NCBI GenBank assembly: GCA_964291675.2
Contig: OZ219866.1
Span: forward strand, 1,824,001 to 1,888,000
From: Alphaproteobacteria bacterium
GTDB taxonomy: Bacteria; Pseudomonadota; Alphaproteobacteria; MPNO01
Length of the DNA stretch: 64,000 nt
Direction: 5' to 3'
The notes under the pieces are model-generated. The model did not search any database and was not told where the DNA came from. It saw nothing but the letters and a program-made list of their open reading frames with translations. This document shows, piece by piece, positions 42,096-52,503 of the stretch (position 1 is its first letter; each line of letters starts with the position of its first letter). The translations under genes were made by a program, and so were the position numbers.

Positions 42096-42443
42096 ATGAG
42101 CGAACCCGCCGTGTTCGAGAGAATCCGCGAGGATATCGGCGAAACCGATGTCGTCCTGTTCATGAAGGGAACGCCGGTGTTCCCGCAATGCGGGTTCTCC
42201 GCCGCCGTGGTTCAGGCGCTGAGCAATCTGGGCGTTCCGTTCAGGGGCGTCGACGTGCTGCGCGACCCCGAGCTGCGCGAGGGCGTCAAGCACTTCTCGA
42301 GCTGGCCGACGATCCCGCAGCTCTACGTCAAGGGCGAGTTCGTCGGTGGCTGCGACATCGTCCGCGAGATGTACGAGACCGGCGAGCTGATGGAGCTGCT
42401 GTCGACCCGCGGCATCGACATCCAGCTCGCCAACCCGGAATAG
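42096..42443 (+). CDS. grxD: monothiol glutaredoxin Grx4
   Basis: FMKGTP..CGFS, WPTIPQLYV, GGCDI. Confidence 0.95.
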   Translation: MSEPAVFERIREDIGETDVVLFMKGTPVFPQCGFSAAVVQALSNLGVPFRGVDVLRDPELREGVKHFSSWPTIPQLYVKGEFVGGCDIVREMYETGELMELLSTRGIDIQLANPE

Positions 42444-42575
42444 GGCATCTCGATACGGCCCCGCCGGGGTTCCCGCCCGGCGCTCCCCCCCTCCGGCCAT
42501 CCATGCCGCCCGCCCTCCGCTCGGCAGCCCGTGCGGGGGCGGTCCGCCGGTCGCGGCCATCTCTTGCCCACCCCG

Positions 42576-42618
42576 CCCTCATCCTGAGTAGCGCCCGGAG
42601 GGCGCGTATCGAAGGACG
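42576..42618 (+). repeat. intact ('empty') REP-like element between convergent grxD and rpsD
   Basis: CCCTCATCCTGAGTA-GCGCCC-GGA-GGGCGC-GTATCGAAGGACG. Confidence 0.85.
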
Positions 42619-42627
42619 GGTTGCGCC

Positions 42628-43242
42628 CTATCGCGAGTAGTACTCGATGACCAGATTGGGTTCCATCTGGACCGGGTAGGGGATCTCGGCGAGCTGCGGG
42701 ATGCGCAGCATGCGGCCGACCATCTTGTTGTAGTCGACCTCGAAATAGTCCGGCACGTCCCGCTCCGGCGAGTCCATCGCCTCCAGCACCAGCCCCAGAT
42801 TGCGCGAGCGCTCGCGCACCTGGATCTCGTCGCCGACCCGCACCCGGTAGGACGGGATGGTCACCCGGCGGCCGTTGACGCTGACATGGCCGTGGCTGAT
42901 GAACTGGCGCGCGGCGAAGACGGTGGGCACGAATTTGAGCCGGTAGATCGCCGCGTCGAGGCGTTGCTCGAGCAGCCCCACCAGGTTCTCGATCGTGTCG
43001 CCGCGCCGCCTGACGGCCTCCTGGTAGATCCTGCGGAACTGCTTCTCGGTGATGTTACCGTAATAGCCGCGCAGCTTCTGCTTGGCCTGAAGCTGGATGC
43101 CGAAATCCGACACCTTGCGGCGGCGCTGGCCGTGCTCGCCCGGCGGGTAGTCGCGCTTGTTGATCGGGCTCTTGGGGCGGCCCCAGAGATTGACCCGGAG
43201 CCTGCGGTCGATCTTGTACTTGGAGCGTACGCGCTTGGTCAT
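42628..43242 (-). CDS. rpsD: 30S ribosomal protein S4
   Basis: [37 protein letters not shown]. Confidence 0.98.
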   Translation of the reverse strand: MTKRVRSKYKIDRRLRVNLWGRPKSPINKRDYPPGEHGQRRRKVSDFGIQLQAKQKLRGYYGNITEKQFRRIYQEAVRRRGDTIENLVGLLEQRLDAAIYRLKFVPTVFAARQFISHGHVSVNGRRVTIPSYRVRVGDEIQVRERSRNLGLVLEAMDSPERDVPDYFEVDYNKMVGRMLRIPQLAEIPYPVQMEPNLVIEYYSR

Positions 43243-43335
43243 CGTCGGTTCCTTGTCCGGTTGTTTGTTGTCCCGGTAGGTCCGCCGCGGACGCGGAAGA
43301 CGGGGCGATTCCGCCCGCTTTCCCAGGAAGAGCGC

Positions 43336-43427
43336 GGAGTATAGGGGCCGCATTCCTGCTGTCAAACCCGCGGAATTCCGGCTTCCGCCTTGCTGTTGCG
43401 GCGCCCCGAGCGGTGCCCCTATACTCC
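43336..43427. promoter_or_regulatory. divergent sigma70 promoters for rpsD (TTGACA-N16-TATACT, minus) and dksA (TTGCGG-N18-TATACT, plus)
   Basis: Both -10 elements sit in the identical 13-mer GCCCCTATACTCC. Confidence 0.7.
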
Positions 43428-43452
43428 CGCGCCGAAATATCGGGGGGCGGCG

Positions 43453-43875
43453 GTGGCGAAGCGGGTCAGCCTGCCAAGGGGGTATCGTCCGCGCGAGGAC
43501 GAGCCGTTCATGAACGCCAGGCAGCGCGAGTATTTTCGCAACAAGCTGCTGGCCTGGCGGAACGATCTGCTCCAGGAGAGCTCGGCCACGCTGGAGAATT
43601 TGCAGGAGGACCACGCCCCGGCGGCCGACCTCGCCGACCGGGCGACCATCGAGACCGACCGGTCCATCGAGCTGCGCACCCGGGACCGCGAGCGCAAGCT
43701 GATCGCCAAGATCGACGCGGCGCTCTCGCGGATCGACGACGGCACCTACGGCTATTGCGAGGAGACCGCCGAGCCGATCGGCATCAGGCGGCTCGAGGCG
43801 CGGCCCATCGCGACCCTCTCGATCGAGGCCCAGGAACGCCACGAGCGGCGCGAGCGTACCTATCGCGACGACTGA
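43453..43875 (+). CDS. dksA: RNA polymerase-binding protein DksA (single-Cys alphaproteobacterial type)
   Basis: [42 protein letters not shown]. Confidence 0.95.
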   Translation: MAKRVSLPRGYRPREDEPFMNARQREYFRNKLLAWRNDLLQESSATLENLQEDHAPAADLADRATIETDRSIELRTRDRERKLIAKIDAALSRIDDGTYGYCEETAEPIGIRRLEARPIATLSIEAQERHERRERTYRDD

Positions 43876-43908
43876 CCCAACCCCCTCCGGTTCCAGAAGC
43901 GGGGACCG

Positions 43909-46203
43909 ATGAAACCGCAAGCGCCCGCGGTCAGGGATCTGGTGCTGGTCGGCGGCGGCCACAGCCATGTCGCCGTGCTCAAGGCGTTCGTCATGAAGCC
44001 GCTGCCGGGCGCGAGGATCACGCTGATCGCCCGCGACGTGCACACCCCCTATTCGGGCATGCTGCCGGGCCACATCGCCGGGCATTACAGCCTGGATGCG
44101 TGCCATATCGACCTGCGCCCGCTCGCCAACCTGGCCGGCGCCCGCATCTACCACGCGGCGGCCACCGGCATCGACCTCGACGCCCGGCGGGTGCTCTGCG
44201 CCGCCCGCCCGCCGGTCCCCTATGACGCGGTCTCGATCGATATCGGCTCGGCGCCGCCGGCCCGCGACGTGCCGGGCGCGGCGGAGCACGCGGTGCCGGT
44301 CAAGCCGATCGGCCGCTTCGTCGCGCATTGGCAGGCGCTCGCCGAGCGGGCGCGGGGCCGGGCGGGCAAGACGCGCATCGCCGTCGTCGGCGGCGGCGCC
44401 GGCGGGGTCGAGCTCGCGCTCTCGGTGCAGCACCGGCTGTCGCGGGGCGACGCGGGCGGCGATATCGCGATGACCGTGGTCGATGCCGCCGCCACCCTGC
44501 TGCCCGCCCACAACGCCGCCACGCGGCGCCGATTCGCCCGCATCCTCGCCGAGCGCGGGATCGCCACGATGCTCGGCCGCGCCGCGGTTCGGGTCGAGCC
44601 CGGCAGGCTGACGCTCGACGGCGGCGAGGCGGTCGAGGCCGACGAGATTCTCTGGGTGACCGGCGCGGCGGCCGCGCGCTGGCCGGCGGAGGCGGGGCTC
44701 GACGTGGACGCGGGCGGCTTCATCCGGGTCGACGACTGCCTGCGCTCAACCTCGCACCCGGACGTGTTCGCCTGCGGCGACGTGGCCGCGGTGGTCGGCC
44801 ACGACCGGCCCAAGGCCGGGGTGTTCGCGGTCCGCCAGGGCCCGCCCTTGGCGGAGAATCTGCGCCGCGCGCTGACCGGGCGGCCGCTCCGCCGCTGGCG
44901 GCCGCAGCGCGCCTGGCTGAGCCTGATCTCGACCGGCGATGCCTACGCCGTCGCCTCGCGCGGCCGGCTCGCGGTGTCGGGGCGCTGGGTGTGGCGGGCC
45001 AAGGACTGGATCGACCGGCGCTGGATGCGCAAATACACCGACCTGCCCGAGATGACGCCCGAACCCGCGCCCGCGCCGGCGCCCGGGCTGCCGCAGCTCC
45101 CCGACCTCGACATGCGCTGCGGCGGATGCGGCGCCAAGGTGGGCCCGGACGTGCTTGCCGGGATCGTCGCCGGGCTCCGGCCGCGGCCCCGCGACGACGT
45201 GCTGATCGGCCTCGACGACCCCGACGACGCGGCGGTGATCGCCGTGCCCGCCGGCACGTCGCTGGTCCAGACGGTGGACCATTTCCGCTCCTTCGTCGAC
45301 GACCCCTATCTGTTCGGCCGCATCGCCGCCAACCACGCGCTCGGCGACATCTATGCGATGGGGGCGGAGCCCAGGACGGCGCTCGCCATCGTCACCGTCG
45401 CCTACGGGCCGGAGCGAAAGATCGCCGCCGAGATCGCCGACATGATGCAGGGGGTGACCGAGGTGCTCGCCGATGCCGGCGCCGCGCTGGTGGGCGGCCA
45501 TACCGGCGAGGGGGCGGAGCGCGCGCTCGGCCTCGCGGTGAGCGGGGCGGTCGATCCCGGACGCGTGCTGCGCAAGGCGGGGATGCGTCCCGGCGACCGG
45601 CTGATCCTCACCAAGCCGCTCGGCACCGGCACGCTGCTCGCCGCCGACATGCGCTGCCGGGCGCGGGGGCGATGGATCGACCGGGCGATCGCCTCGATGC
45701 TGCAATCCAACCGCGCGGCGGCGGAGATCCTCGCCCGCCACGGCGCGCGCGCCGCGACCGACGTGACCGGTTTCGGCCTCGCCGGCCATCTGGTCGAGAT
45801 GGTCCGCGCGTCTTCGGTCGGCGTCGTGCTTGCCGCCGCCGACCTGCCGGTGCTCGACGGCGCGCCGGAGAGCCTCGCCGCCGGGTTCGAGAGCTCGTTG
45901 CAGCGCCAGAACGCGCGCCAGGCGCGGGCGATCCAGGGCGGCGGAGCGGATGCGCTCTACCCGATCCTGTTCGACCCGCAGACCTCGGGCGGGCTGCTCG
46001 CGAGCCTGCCGGGCGAACGGGCGGCGGACTGCCTGGCGGCGCTGCGCGATGCCGGCTGCGCGGGCGCCGCGATAGTCGGCGCGGTCGAGCCCCGGGGCGA
46101 CGCCGCGGCGCCGATCCGGGTCCATCCGGGTTCGCTGTCGGAGATCGCCGAGCCCTCCGGTCCGGTTCGGCCCGCCGCGCTGTCCCCCGCCGCCAGCGCG
46201 TAG
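43909..46203 (+). CDS. selD: FAD-dependent oxidoreductase / selenide,water dikinase fusion
   Basis: LVGGGHSH and VVGGGAGG Rossmann motifs, then [43 protein letters not shown]. Confidence 0.9.
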   Translation: MKPQAPAVRDLVLVGGGHSHVAVLKAFVMKPLPGARITLIARDVHTPYSGMLPGHIAGHYSLDACHIDLRPLANLAGARIYHAAATGIDLDARRVLCAARPPVPYDAVSIDIGSAPPARDVPGAAEHAVPVKPIGRFVAHWQALAERARGRAGKTRIAVVGGGAGGVELALSVQHRLSRGDAGGDIAMTVVDAAATLLPAHNAATRRRFARILAERGIATMLGRAAVRVEPGRLTLDGGEAVEADEILWVTGAAAARWPAEAGLDVDAGGFIRVDDCLRSTSHPDVFACGDVAAVVGHDRPKAGVFAVRQGPPLAENLRRALTGRPLRRWRPQRAWLSLISTGDAYAVASRGRLAVSGRWVWRAKDWIDRRWMRKYTDLPEMTPEPAPAPAPGLPQLPDLDMRCGGCGAKVGPDVLAGIVAGLRPRPRDDVLIGLDDPDDAAVIAVPAGTSLVQTVDHFRSFVDDPYLFGRIAANHALGDIYAMGAEPRTALAIVTVAYGPERKIAAEIADMMQGVTEVLADAGAALVGGHTGEGAERALGLAVSGAVDPGRVLRKAGMRPGDRLILTKPLGTGTLLAADMRCRARGRWIDRAIASMLQSNRAAAEILARHGARAATDVTGFGLAGHLVEMVRASSVGVVLAAADLPVLDGAPESLAAGFESSLQRQNARQARAIQGGGADALYPILFDPQTSGGLLASLPGERAADCLAALRDAGCAGAAIVGAVEPRGDAAAPIRVHPGSLSEIAEPSGPVRPAALSPAASA

Positions 46204-46270
46204 ACGAGCCGGCGATCGCCCGGTTGCGCCTCTGCGGGGCGTGCGGGACACTTGGGCAGGGAGGATCGAG

Positions 46271-47074
46271 ATGGCAGAACCCAGGACGGCCGGCCCGGGG
46301 CCGGGCTATGCGAAGAACCCGGAGCACCATGTCCGCATCGAGCCCAGCCCGCGCCGCGTGCGCGCGGTCGTCGGCGGCGAGACGGTGGCGGATTCGACGC
46401 GGATGCGGCTGCTGCACGAGGCGCGGCATCTGCCGGTCTACTACTTCCCGCTGGAGGACATCCGCTTCGACCTGATGGCGAGGACGGGCACCAGCACCCA
46501 TTGCCCGTACAAGGGCGACGCCTCCTACTGGTCGCTCGCCGTCGGCGACCGCACGGTCGACGACATCGTGTGGTGCTACGAGACGCCGTTCGACGAGGTG
46601 CCCGAGCTCGCCGGGCTCGCCGCCTTCTACTGGGGCAAGGTCGACCGCTGGTACGAGGAGGACGAGGAGATCTTCGTCCACGCGCGGGACCCCTACAAGC
46701 GGGTCGACGCCATCCCGTCCTCGCGCGAGGTCCGCGTGGTGCTCGGCGGCGAGGAGGTGGCGCGGACGAGGCGCGCCCATTTCCTGTTCGAGACCAACCT
46801 GCCGGTGCGCTACTACATCCCGCGCGAGGACGTGCGCAGCGAGCTGCTGCAGCCCACGGCGAGCGCCACGCGCTGCCCCTATAAGGGCGAGGCGGTCTAT
46901 TGGCGAGCCGAGATCGGCGGGCGGGTCTTCGAGGACATCGTCTGGAGCTACCCCGACCCCATCCCGGAGTGCCCGAAGATCCGCGGCCTGATGTGCTTCT
47001 ACAACGAGAACGTCGACGCCATCCTGGTCGACGGCGAGGCGACCGAGAAGCCGACGACCAAGTGGTCGAGATAG
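46271..47074 (+). CDS. tandem DUF427 domain protein
   Basis: Two repeats, each with YY(F/I)P.ED and T.CPYKG.A.YW. Confidence 0.88.
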   Translation: MAEPRTAGPGPGYAKNPEHHVRIEPSPRRVRAVVGGETVADSTRMRLLHEARHLPVYYFPLEDIRFDLMARTGTSTHCPYKGDASYWSLAVGDRTVDDIVWCYETPFDEVPELAGLAAFYWGKVDRWYEEDEEIFVHARDPYKRVDAIPSSREVRVVLGGEEVARTRRAHFLFETNLPVRYYIPREDVRSELLQPTASATRCPYKGEAVYWRAEIGGRVFEDIVWSYPDPIPECPKIRGLMCFYNENVDAILVDGEATEKPTTKWSR

Positions 47075-47101
47075 CCCTTCGATTCGCGGCTTCGCCTCTA
47101 C
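47075..47101 (-). repeat. truncated REP-like element
   Basis: CCCTTCGATTCGCGGCTTCGCCTCTAC matches the start of the 27885 copy. Confidence 0.55.
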
Positions 47102-47268
47102 GCCGCAAGCGGCGCCCCGATGCATCAGACCTTCCAATGCATCGCGCAACAAAACGGTATTTCAACCGATGAGAGGAAATGCCCACGTCTGGACTGCCCA
47201 TGACGGAGTCGGTCGTCCCGCAGGGGCGCCGGGTCCCGGGGACGGAAACCCGAAGATGGGAGAAGACG

Positions 47269-47424
47269 ATGGTCTACCGAAGGAAAGCCGCAACCCGCAG
47301 GGCGCGCCAGGCCGGGATCGTGTTCGTCGGGTTCTTCATCGCCGTCACCGCCATCGCGGTCGCGGCGGTCGTCGGCGGCTCCGAACCGGCCTATGCCTGC
47401 TTCCCGTACGTCGCCTGCTGGTAG
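47269..47424 (+). CDS. small secreted peptide precursor (51 aa; predicted mature CFPYVACW)
   Basis: GGGAGA RBS; basic N-region, 20-aa hydrophobic core, PAYA cleavage motif; GC3-rich codons like the real genes. Confidence 0.6.
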   Translation: MVYRRKAATRRARQAGIVFVGFFIAVTAIAVAAVVGGSEPAYACFPYVACW

Positions 47425-47478
47425 GCCTCGCCCGCAGCCCCTCCACGCGCCGCCGGGCTTGCCGCAGCTTCGCCAGTC

Positions 47479-48336
47479 CTATTCGACCGGCGGCGCCTCG
47501 CCGGCGATCTGGCAGCGGCGCAGCAGCCGGCGCTCGTCGGGCGGGAAATCGGTGCGCGCGTGGGACGAGCACAAATTGTCCCAGACCAGCAGATCGCCCG
47601 GCGTCCACGCATGCTCGTAGACGAAATCCTCGCGCTCGGCGATGTCGAACATCTCGCCCAGGATCGCGTCGCTCTCGTCCTCGGCCAGGCCGTCGATCCG
47701 CATGGTCATCAGCCGGTCGACATAGAGCGCGCGCCGCCCGCTCGCCGGGTGGGTGATCGAGACCGGGTGGGTCCAGCCGTCGACCGTGGCGGCGCGCTCC
47801 CCCTTGCCCTCGCGGCTGTTGTAGACGACGTAGTCGTAGACGTGATGGGCGGTGCGCCCCCGGACGCGTTCGCGGATGCGCTCGGGCAGCGCGTCCCAGG
47901 CGAGGTAGTGGTTGGCGAAGCGGGTGTTGCCGCCCCGGCCCGGCACCTCGATGGCATACAGCATGGTGCCGAGATTGGGCACCTGCTTGAAGATCGTGTC
48001 GTGGTGGAAATACATCTCGCCGTCGGGCAGCGAGCCGATCGGCTTGCCGTCGACGCGGATGTTGGAGATCAGCATCATCGCGTCGTCGACCGTCGCCGCG
48101 TCCTCGGGGCGCTCCCCCCTGGGCCTGGGCCGCTTGCCGATCGCGCCGAACGCTTCGGCGAAGCGGAGCTGCTGCTCCTGGCTGAGACCCGGCGCGCGGA
48201 ACAGCAGCACGATGTGGTCGCGCCAGGCCGCGCGCAGCGCCTCGGCCGTCGCCGCGTCGACCGGCGCGGTCACGTCGAGCCCGACGATCTCCGCGCCGAG
48301 CGCATCCGAGAGCTTCCTGATCCCGAAATCCGCCAC
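47479..48336 (-). CDS. TauD/TfdA family Fe(II)/2-oxoglutarate dioxygenase
   Basis: LGAEIVG, FHHD (HxD), GGNTRFAN, HPV, WDNLCSSHAR. Confidence 0.92.
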   Translation of the reverse strand: MADFGIRKLSDALGAEIVGLDVTAPVDAATAEALRAAWRDHIVLLFRAPGLSQEQQLRFAEAFGAIGKRPRPRGERPEDAATVDDAMMLISNIRVDGKPIGSLPDGEMYFHHDTIFKQVPNLGTMLYAIEVPGRGGNTRFANHYLAWDALPERIRERVRGRTAHHVYDYVVYNSREGKGERAATVDGWTHPVSITHPASGRRALYVDRLMTMRIDGLAEDESDAILGEMFDIAEREDFVYEHAWTPGDLLVWDNLCSSHARTDFPPDERRLLRRCQIAGEAPPVE

Positions 48337-48391
48337 GCCGTCCTCCGTCGGCGGCGATGATGGCGCGGGCTTCGCGGCGAAGCAACCGCGC

Positions 48392-49288
48392 TCACTCGCG
48401 CACCGGCGCGCGCCTCGCCTCCAGCCCCGCCATGGTGACGATGCCGGCGAGGATGACCGCGCCGCCGACCCAGACCCAGAGATCGGGAAATTCGCCGAAC
48501 ACCGCCAGCCCGATGGCTGCGGCGAAGATCAGCCGGGTGAACTCGAAGGGCAGCACCACCGTCGCGTCCGCCGCCTGGTAGGCGCGGGCGAGCGCGCGCT
48601 GGGTCAGCGTGCCGGCGCAGCCCATGGCGACCAGCACGCCGATCGCTTCCCAGCTCGGCGTCGTCCAGACGAACAGGGCGGGCACCAGCGAGGCCGGGAC
48701 GAAGATGACCATCTGCCATGTCGCCATCGCATCCGGGCGTTCGGTGCGGGCGAGCGACTTCATGACGATCGCCACCGCGGCCATCGCGAACACGCCGATG
48801 AAGGCGAGCAGCGCGCCGGTCGACATCTGCACCATCCCGGGCCGGAGGATGATCAGCGCGCCGACGAAGCCGAGGATCGCCGCCGACCAGCGCCTGCCAT
48901 GCGAGGCCTCGTGCAGGATCAGGATCGCCGCGGCGGAGGCGAAGATCGGCCGCGTGGTCATGATCGCCGCGATGCTGCCGAGCGAGTCCAGCGTGATCGC
49001 GGTGAAGATCAGATAGGCGGCGATCAGGCCGAAGAAGGCGCGCGCGAAATGCATCCCGAAGCGCTGGGTATGGAGCCCCTTGATGCCCGAGCGGTAGAGC
49101 CAGGGCAGCAGGAAGACCATGCCGAACAGGCTGCGCAGGAAGACGATCTCGAAGGCGTGGATCTCGTCCGAGACGTAGCGGATCAGCACCGCCATGACCG
49201 CCCAGGAGGCGGTCGAGCCCATCATCCACAGGGCGCCGCGGATCGGCGCCGGGATCGCGGCCAGCCGCCCGGCGAGGTCAGCCGGCAT
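48392..49288 (-). CDS. DMT/EamA family transporter
   Basis: About 10 TM segments, EIVFLR, IILRPG, FGEFP. Confidence 0.88.
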   Translation of the reverse strand: MPADLAGRLAAIPAPIRGALWMMGSTASWAVMAVLIRYVSDEIHAFEIVFLRSLFGMVFLLPWLYRSGIKGLHTQRFGMHFARAFFGLIAAYLIFTAITLDSLGSIAAIMTTRPIFASAAAILILHEASHGRRWSAAILGFVGALIILRPGMVQMSTGALLAFIGVFAMAAVAIVMKSLARTERPDAMATWQMVIFVPASLVPALFVWTTPSWEAIGVLVAMGCAGTLTQRALARAYQAADATVVLPFEFTRLIFAAAIGLAVFGEFPDLWVWVGGAVILAGIVTMAGLEARRAPVRE

Positions 49289-49333
49289 CGGCGGGCAGGC
49301 GCTCGCCCGGGCCGGCCCCGCCCCCGTCCCGCA

Positions 49334-50005
49334 TCAGCGCGAGCCCGCGATCGCCAGGGCGACGCTGATATGCGCGAGCGGGCGCCCGCTCTCGGCGGCC
49401 CAGCCGTTGAACGCCTGCTGCACCGCCGCGCGGGCGCGCTTGCCGTTCGGCGTTCCCTCGCAGGCGCCGGCGGCGTTGAGCCCGCGCACCACGTCCGGCG
49501 TCAGGATGAAGCTGTCCTTGCCCGCCATGCGCAGGAAGCGCGGCGCCGAGCTTCCGCCCATCTGGGAGAAGCGCCGGGCGAGGTCGGCCCAGAGCCCGAC
49601 GATATCCGTCCCCGGCCAGTCCGCGAGGTACTCGCCGAAGCAGCCATGATCTTCGGCGACGCCCAGCATCGCCGCCGCGTTGTCGCGCGTCGCCCTGATC
49701 TTGCCCCAGTGGCGGACGATCCGTTCGTCCTTGACCAGGGCTTCGAGGTCCTCGTCGCTCATCGCCCGGACGGCATGCGCATCGAAGCCGCGAAACACCT
49801 CCTCGAAGGCGGGCCAGCGGTCGTCCACGACGCTGTGCCTGATGCCGGCGCGGAACACGCGGCGCGTCATCAGCGAGAGGTAGCGGTCGTCGGCGATCCG
49901 CCGCAGCGCCTCGGGCGGCGAGATGTCGGGCATGCGCTCGGCCAGCCGTTCCGCCCCGCCCGCGCGCGCCTCGGCTTGCGCCAGGATGTCGGCGAACGGC
50001 GTCAT
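49334..50005 (-). CDS. DNA-3-methyladenine glycosylase I family
   Basis: DDRYLS..VFRAG..WPAFEEVFRGF, IVRHWGKIRA..NA. Confidence 0.85.
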   Translation of the reverse strand: MTPFADILAQAEARAGGAERLAERMPDISPPEALRRIADDRYLSLMTRRVFRAGIRHSVVDDRWPAFEEVFRGFDAHAVRAMSDEDLEALVKDERIVRHWGKIRATRDNAAAMLGVAEDHGCFGEYLADWPGTDIVGLWADLARRFSQMGGSSAPRFLRMAGKDSFILTPDVVRGLNAAGACEGTPNGKRARAAVQQAFNGWAAESGRPLAHISVALAIAGSR

Positions 50006-50856
50006 CGGCCCAGCCTGTCGGCGATCGCCAGCGTCCGGTGCATGGTGCGCAGCACCGGGCGCTCGATCAACTCGCCGTCGACCACCAGCAGCCCGGTGGT
50101 GTTCTCGCGAAACGCGGCGACGATGCGCCGCGCGCGCTCGACCGCCGCCGGCGAGGGCGAGAAGACGTCGTTGATCGCCGGGATCTGGTCGGGGTGGATC
50201 GCCGCCTTGCCGGTGAAGCCGAGCGCGGCGGCGGCGCGGGCTTCCCGGGCGAGCCCGTCGGCATCGGCGAGGTTGAGCCAGGGCACGTCCAACAGGTCGA
50301 GCCCGTTGCGCGCGGCCGCGTGCACGACCGCCGAGCGGGCGTAGAGCAGGGCCTCCCAGCTCTGCGCGGCGCGCAGGTCGGCCGACATGTCGACCGCGCC
50401 GAAGAGCAGCGAGTCGACGCGCCCCGAGGCGCGCGCGATCTCCTGCACGTTGGCGAGCCCGTCGGTCGATTCGATTATCACGTGGTAGCGGATGCCGGCG
50501 CAGCCGCCGTCGAGCAGCGAGTCGTAGAGCGCGATCTCCGCCGCCGAACCCACCTTGGCCAGCATCAGCGCGGGCGGCGGGGCGGCGCAGGCGCGGAGCG
50601 CGAGGATGTCGCGCAGCCCTTCCTCGGTCGACAGCGGGTTGACGCGCAGCATGCGCTCGACCTCGCCGCCTGGGTCTGTGGCGAACAGCGGCAGGGCGAG
50701 CCCGCGCGCCTCCTCCTTGCGCGGCAGCGCCACCGCGTCCTCGATGTCGACGCAGACGATGTCGGCGCCCGCCCCAAGCGCCTTCTCGAACCGGTCGGGC
50801 CGCAGCCCCGGCACGAACAGCAGGCTGCGGCGCGGCCTGATCTCGCTCTCGCTCAC
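50002..50856 (-). CDS. CitE/HpcH-like CoA-ester lyase
   Basis: RRSLLFVPG, VDIEDAV, IIES, FGAVD, GFTGKAAIHPDQ. Confidence 0.9.
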   Translation of the reverse strand: MSESEIRPRRSLLFVPGLRPDRFEKALGAGADIVCVDIEDAVALPRKEEARGLALPLFATDPGGEVERMLRVNPLSTEEGLRDILALRACAAPPPALMLAKVGSAAEIALYDSLLDGGCAGIRYHVIIESTDGLANVQEIARASGRVDSLLFGAVDMSADLRAAQSWEALLYARSAVVHAAARNGLDLLDVPWLNLADADGLAREARAAAALGFTGKAAIHPDQIPAINDVFSPSPAAVERARRIVAAFRENTTGLLVVDGELIERPVLRTMHRTLAIADRLGR

Positions 50857-50964
50857 CCGAAACTCCCTCGCTGGGCGGCGGCAAGATCGCACCCGCCCCG
50901 GGCGCTGGCAAGCGGGCGGCCCGGGTGCGATGATCGCGGCACCGCAACCGTCTCGGAGGGCGCG

Positions 50965-51444
50965 ATGTTCTCGGTCGAGCGCAGCGTTCCGGTCAATGCC
51001 GGCCTCGCCCCGGGCGAGCCCAGGCTCACCCGCCATCACATCTGGCTCGGGCTGGTGCTCAAGGCGGAGGACGCGGTGCCCTTCGTGCCGGCGATGAGCT
51101 GGTGCAAGGTCACCGGGCGGTTCGACAACGGCCTGTTCCGCGACATCGTGTTCCACGGCGAGGCGATGACCGAGAAGATCCTGTTCCACCCGGAGGAGAA
51201 GGTCGAGTTCATCCGCACCGCCGGGATCGAGATGGGCACCATCGTCAACGAGATCCTGGAGGACGAGACGGGCGAGCTCTGCTTGCGCTTCGCCTTCACC
51301 CTGGAACGCGAGGACCTGCCGCACGGCAGCCCGCAAGAGCGCGACTTCGCCGACGGCATGGCGAAGGGCTACCTGATCGCGGTCCAGGCGACGGTCGACG
51401 AGATCAGGAAGCGGGTGAAGGACGGGGTCATCGCGGCCGGGTAG
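50965..51444 (+). CDS. AtaL-like / DUF1857 SRPBCC protein
   Basis: VPVN..LTRHHIWLGLVLKAEDAVPFVP..C; GGAGG RBS. Confidence 0.75.
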   Translation: MFSVERSVPVNAGLAPGEPRLTRHHIWLGLVLKAEDAVPFVPAMSWCKVTGRFDNGLFRDIVFHGEAMTEKILFHPEEKVEFIRTAGIEMGTIVNEILEDETGELCLRFAFTLEREDLPHGSPQERDFADGMAKGYLIAVQATVDEIRKRVKDGVIAAG

Positions 51445-51458
51445 CGCGTCCTTCGATA

Positions 51459-51852
51459 GGGGCTTATCCAGATTACTTGACGAGCTGTCGGCTGGCGCCG
51501 ACCGGCGAGGGGACCGCCGCCGGTCATGGTCGACGTCCTACCTGCCCCCATGTCGTCATGCCCGGACTTGATCCGGGCATCCATGGGCGGTGCATGGAGA
51601 GCCGGGTGCGGCCCGCCCCATCGGCATCCCTCCAGCCGGATCGCCGTGCGTACGGAGATGCCGCATGGATGGCCGGATCAAGTCCGGCCATGACGGGGTG
51701 GTGGCGGTGGAGGAGCAGGGAGAGCCGGGTGCGGCCCGCGTCGAAAGGCGAGACCGGACAGCAGAGGAACACGCCCGGACTTGATCCGGGGGCCGGGTAT
51801 GACGGACGAAAGGTCGCGGCCCCCCGCTCGTCAAGTAATCTGGATAAGCCCC
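51459..51852. mobile_element. non-autonomous MITE copy 1 (394 bp) inserted in a REP
   Basis: Perfect 27-bp TIR GGGGCTTATCCAGATTACTTGACGAGC; 8-bp duplication CTTCGATA at 51451-51458 and 51853-51860; the flanks rejoin into a REP (about 51447-51891). Confidence 0.88.
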
Positions 51853-51921
51853 CTTCGATACGCCCGCCTCCGGCGGGCTACTCAGGATGAGGATGGGGGT
51901 GGGCCACCCAAGACGTTTCCC

Positions 51922-52317
51922 TCACCCGAAGATGTCGTAGAGCACCAGCCCCCAGACCACAGCGCAGCCGAGCATGCTCACGAACACCGCGGCGCTGCCG
52001 ATGTCCTTGGCCTGCCTGGCGAGCGCGTGGTCGTCGAAGGAGATGCGATCGACCGTCGCTTCGATCGCCGAGTTCAGCAGCTCGACCACGAGCACGAGCA
52101 GCACCGAGCCGATGAGCAGCGCGAGCTGGACCGGGGTCGTCGGCAACGCCACCGCGACCGGGACCAGCACGGCGGCCAGCGCGAGCTCCTGGCGGAAGGC
52201 GGCCTCGTTGCGGAACGCGGCTTCGAGCCCGGCGCAGGAATAGAGCAGCGCGCGCCAGATCCGCACCGGCCCGGCCTTGCCCTTGCGCCGGCTCGCCCGT
52301 TCCTCCCGAGACGCCAT
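51922..52317 (-). CDS. dgkA: diacylglycerol kinase
   Basis: EAAFRQE, VELLNSAIEATVDR, AKDIGSAAV. Confidence 0.95.
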   Translation of the reverse strand: MASREERASRRKGKAGPVRIWRALLYSCAGLEAAFRNEAAFRQELALAAVLVPVAVALPTTPVQLALLIGSVLLVLVVELLNSAIEATVDRISFDDHALARQAKDIGSAAVFVSMLGCAVVWGLVLYDIFG

Positions 52318-52503
52318 CCCGACCTCCCGTGCCCCGTTCGGGCGCGCACCCTGGGCCGGGATTGCGTCACAAAAGTGACGGTTTCCGGTCATCCGGCTGT
52401 CGTGGCCGGCTTCCATGCTCCGCGCCGGCCGGCGCGGGGCCGGGCGTATCGGCGCGGCGGCCTGGGTCTCGACCGGCAGCGTTTCGCTCCTGCTTGCAGC
52501 GCC

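Noticed and set aside
45112-45140. Possible selenocysteine in SelD
   Set aside because: Active-site codons are TGC (CGGCGAK); no in-frame TGA
47160-47260. Hammerhead/riboswitch-like sequence (GATGAG..GAAA)
   Set aside because: CUGANGA core and the required stems are not present
47269-47424. Type IV prepilin reading (RQAG|IVFVG)
   Set aside because: No Glu at +5 and no pilus genes nearby; the signal peptidase I site PAYA fits better
51369-51890. Short ORFs such as MDARIKSGHD / MPGLDPG (also in 59456-60656)
   Set aside because: Translations of the REP hairpins, not genes
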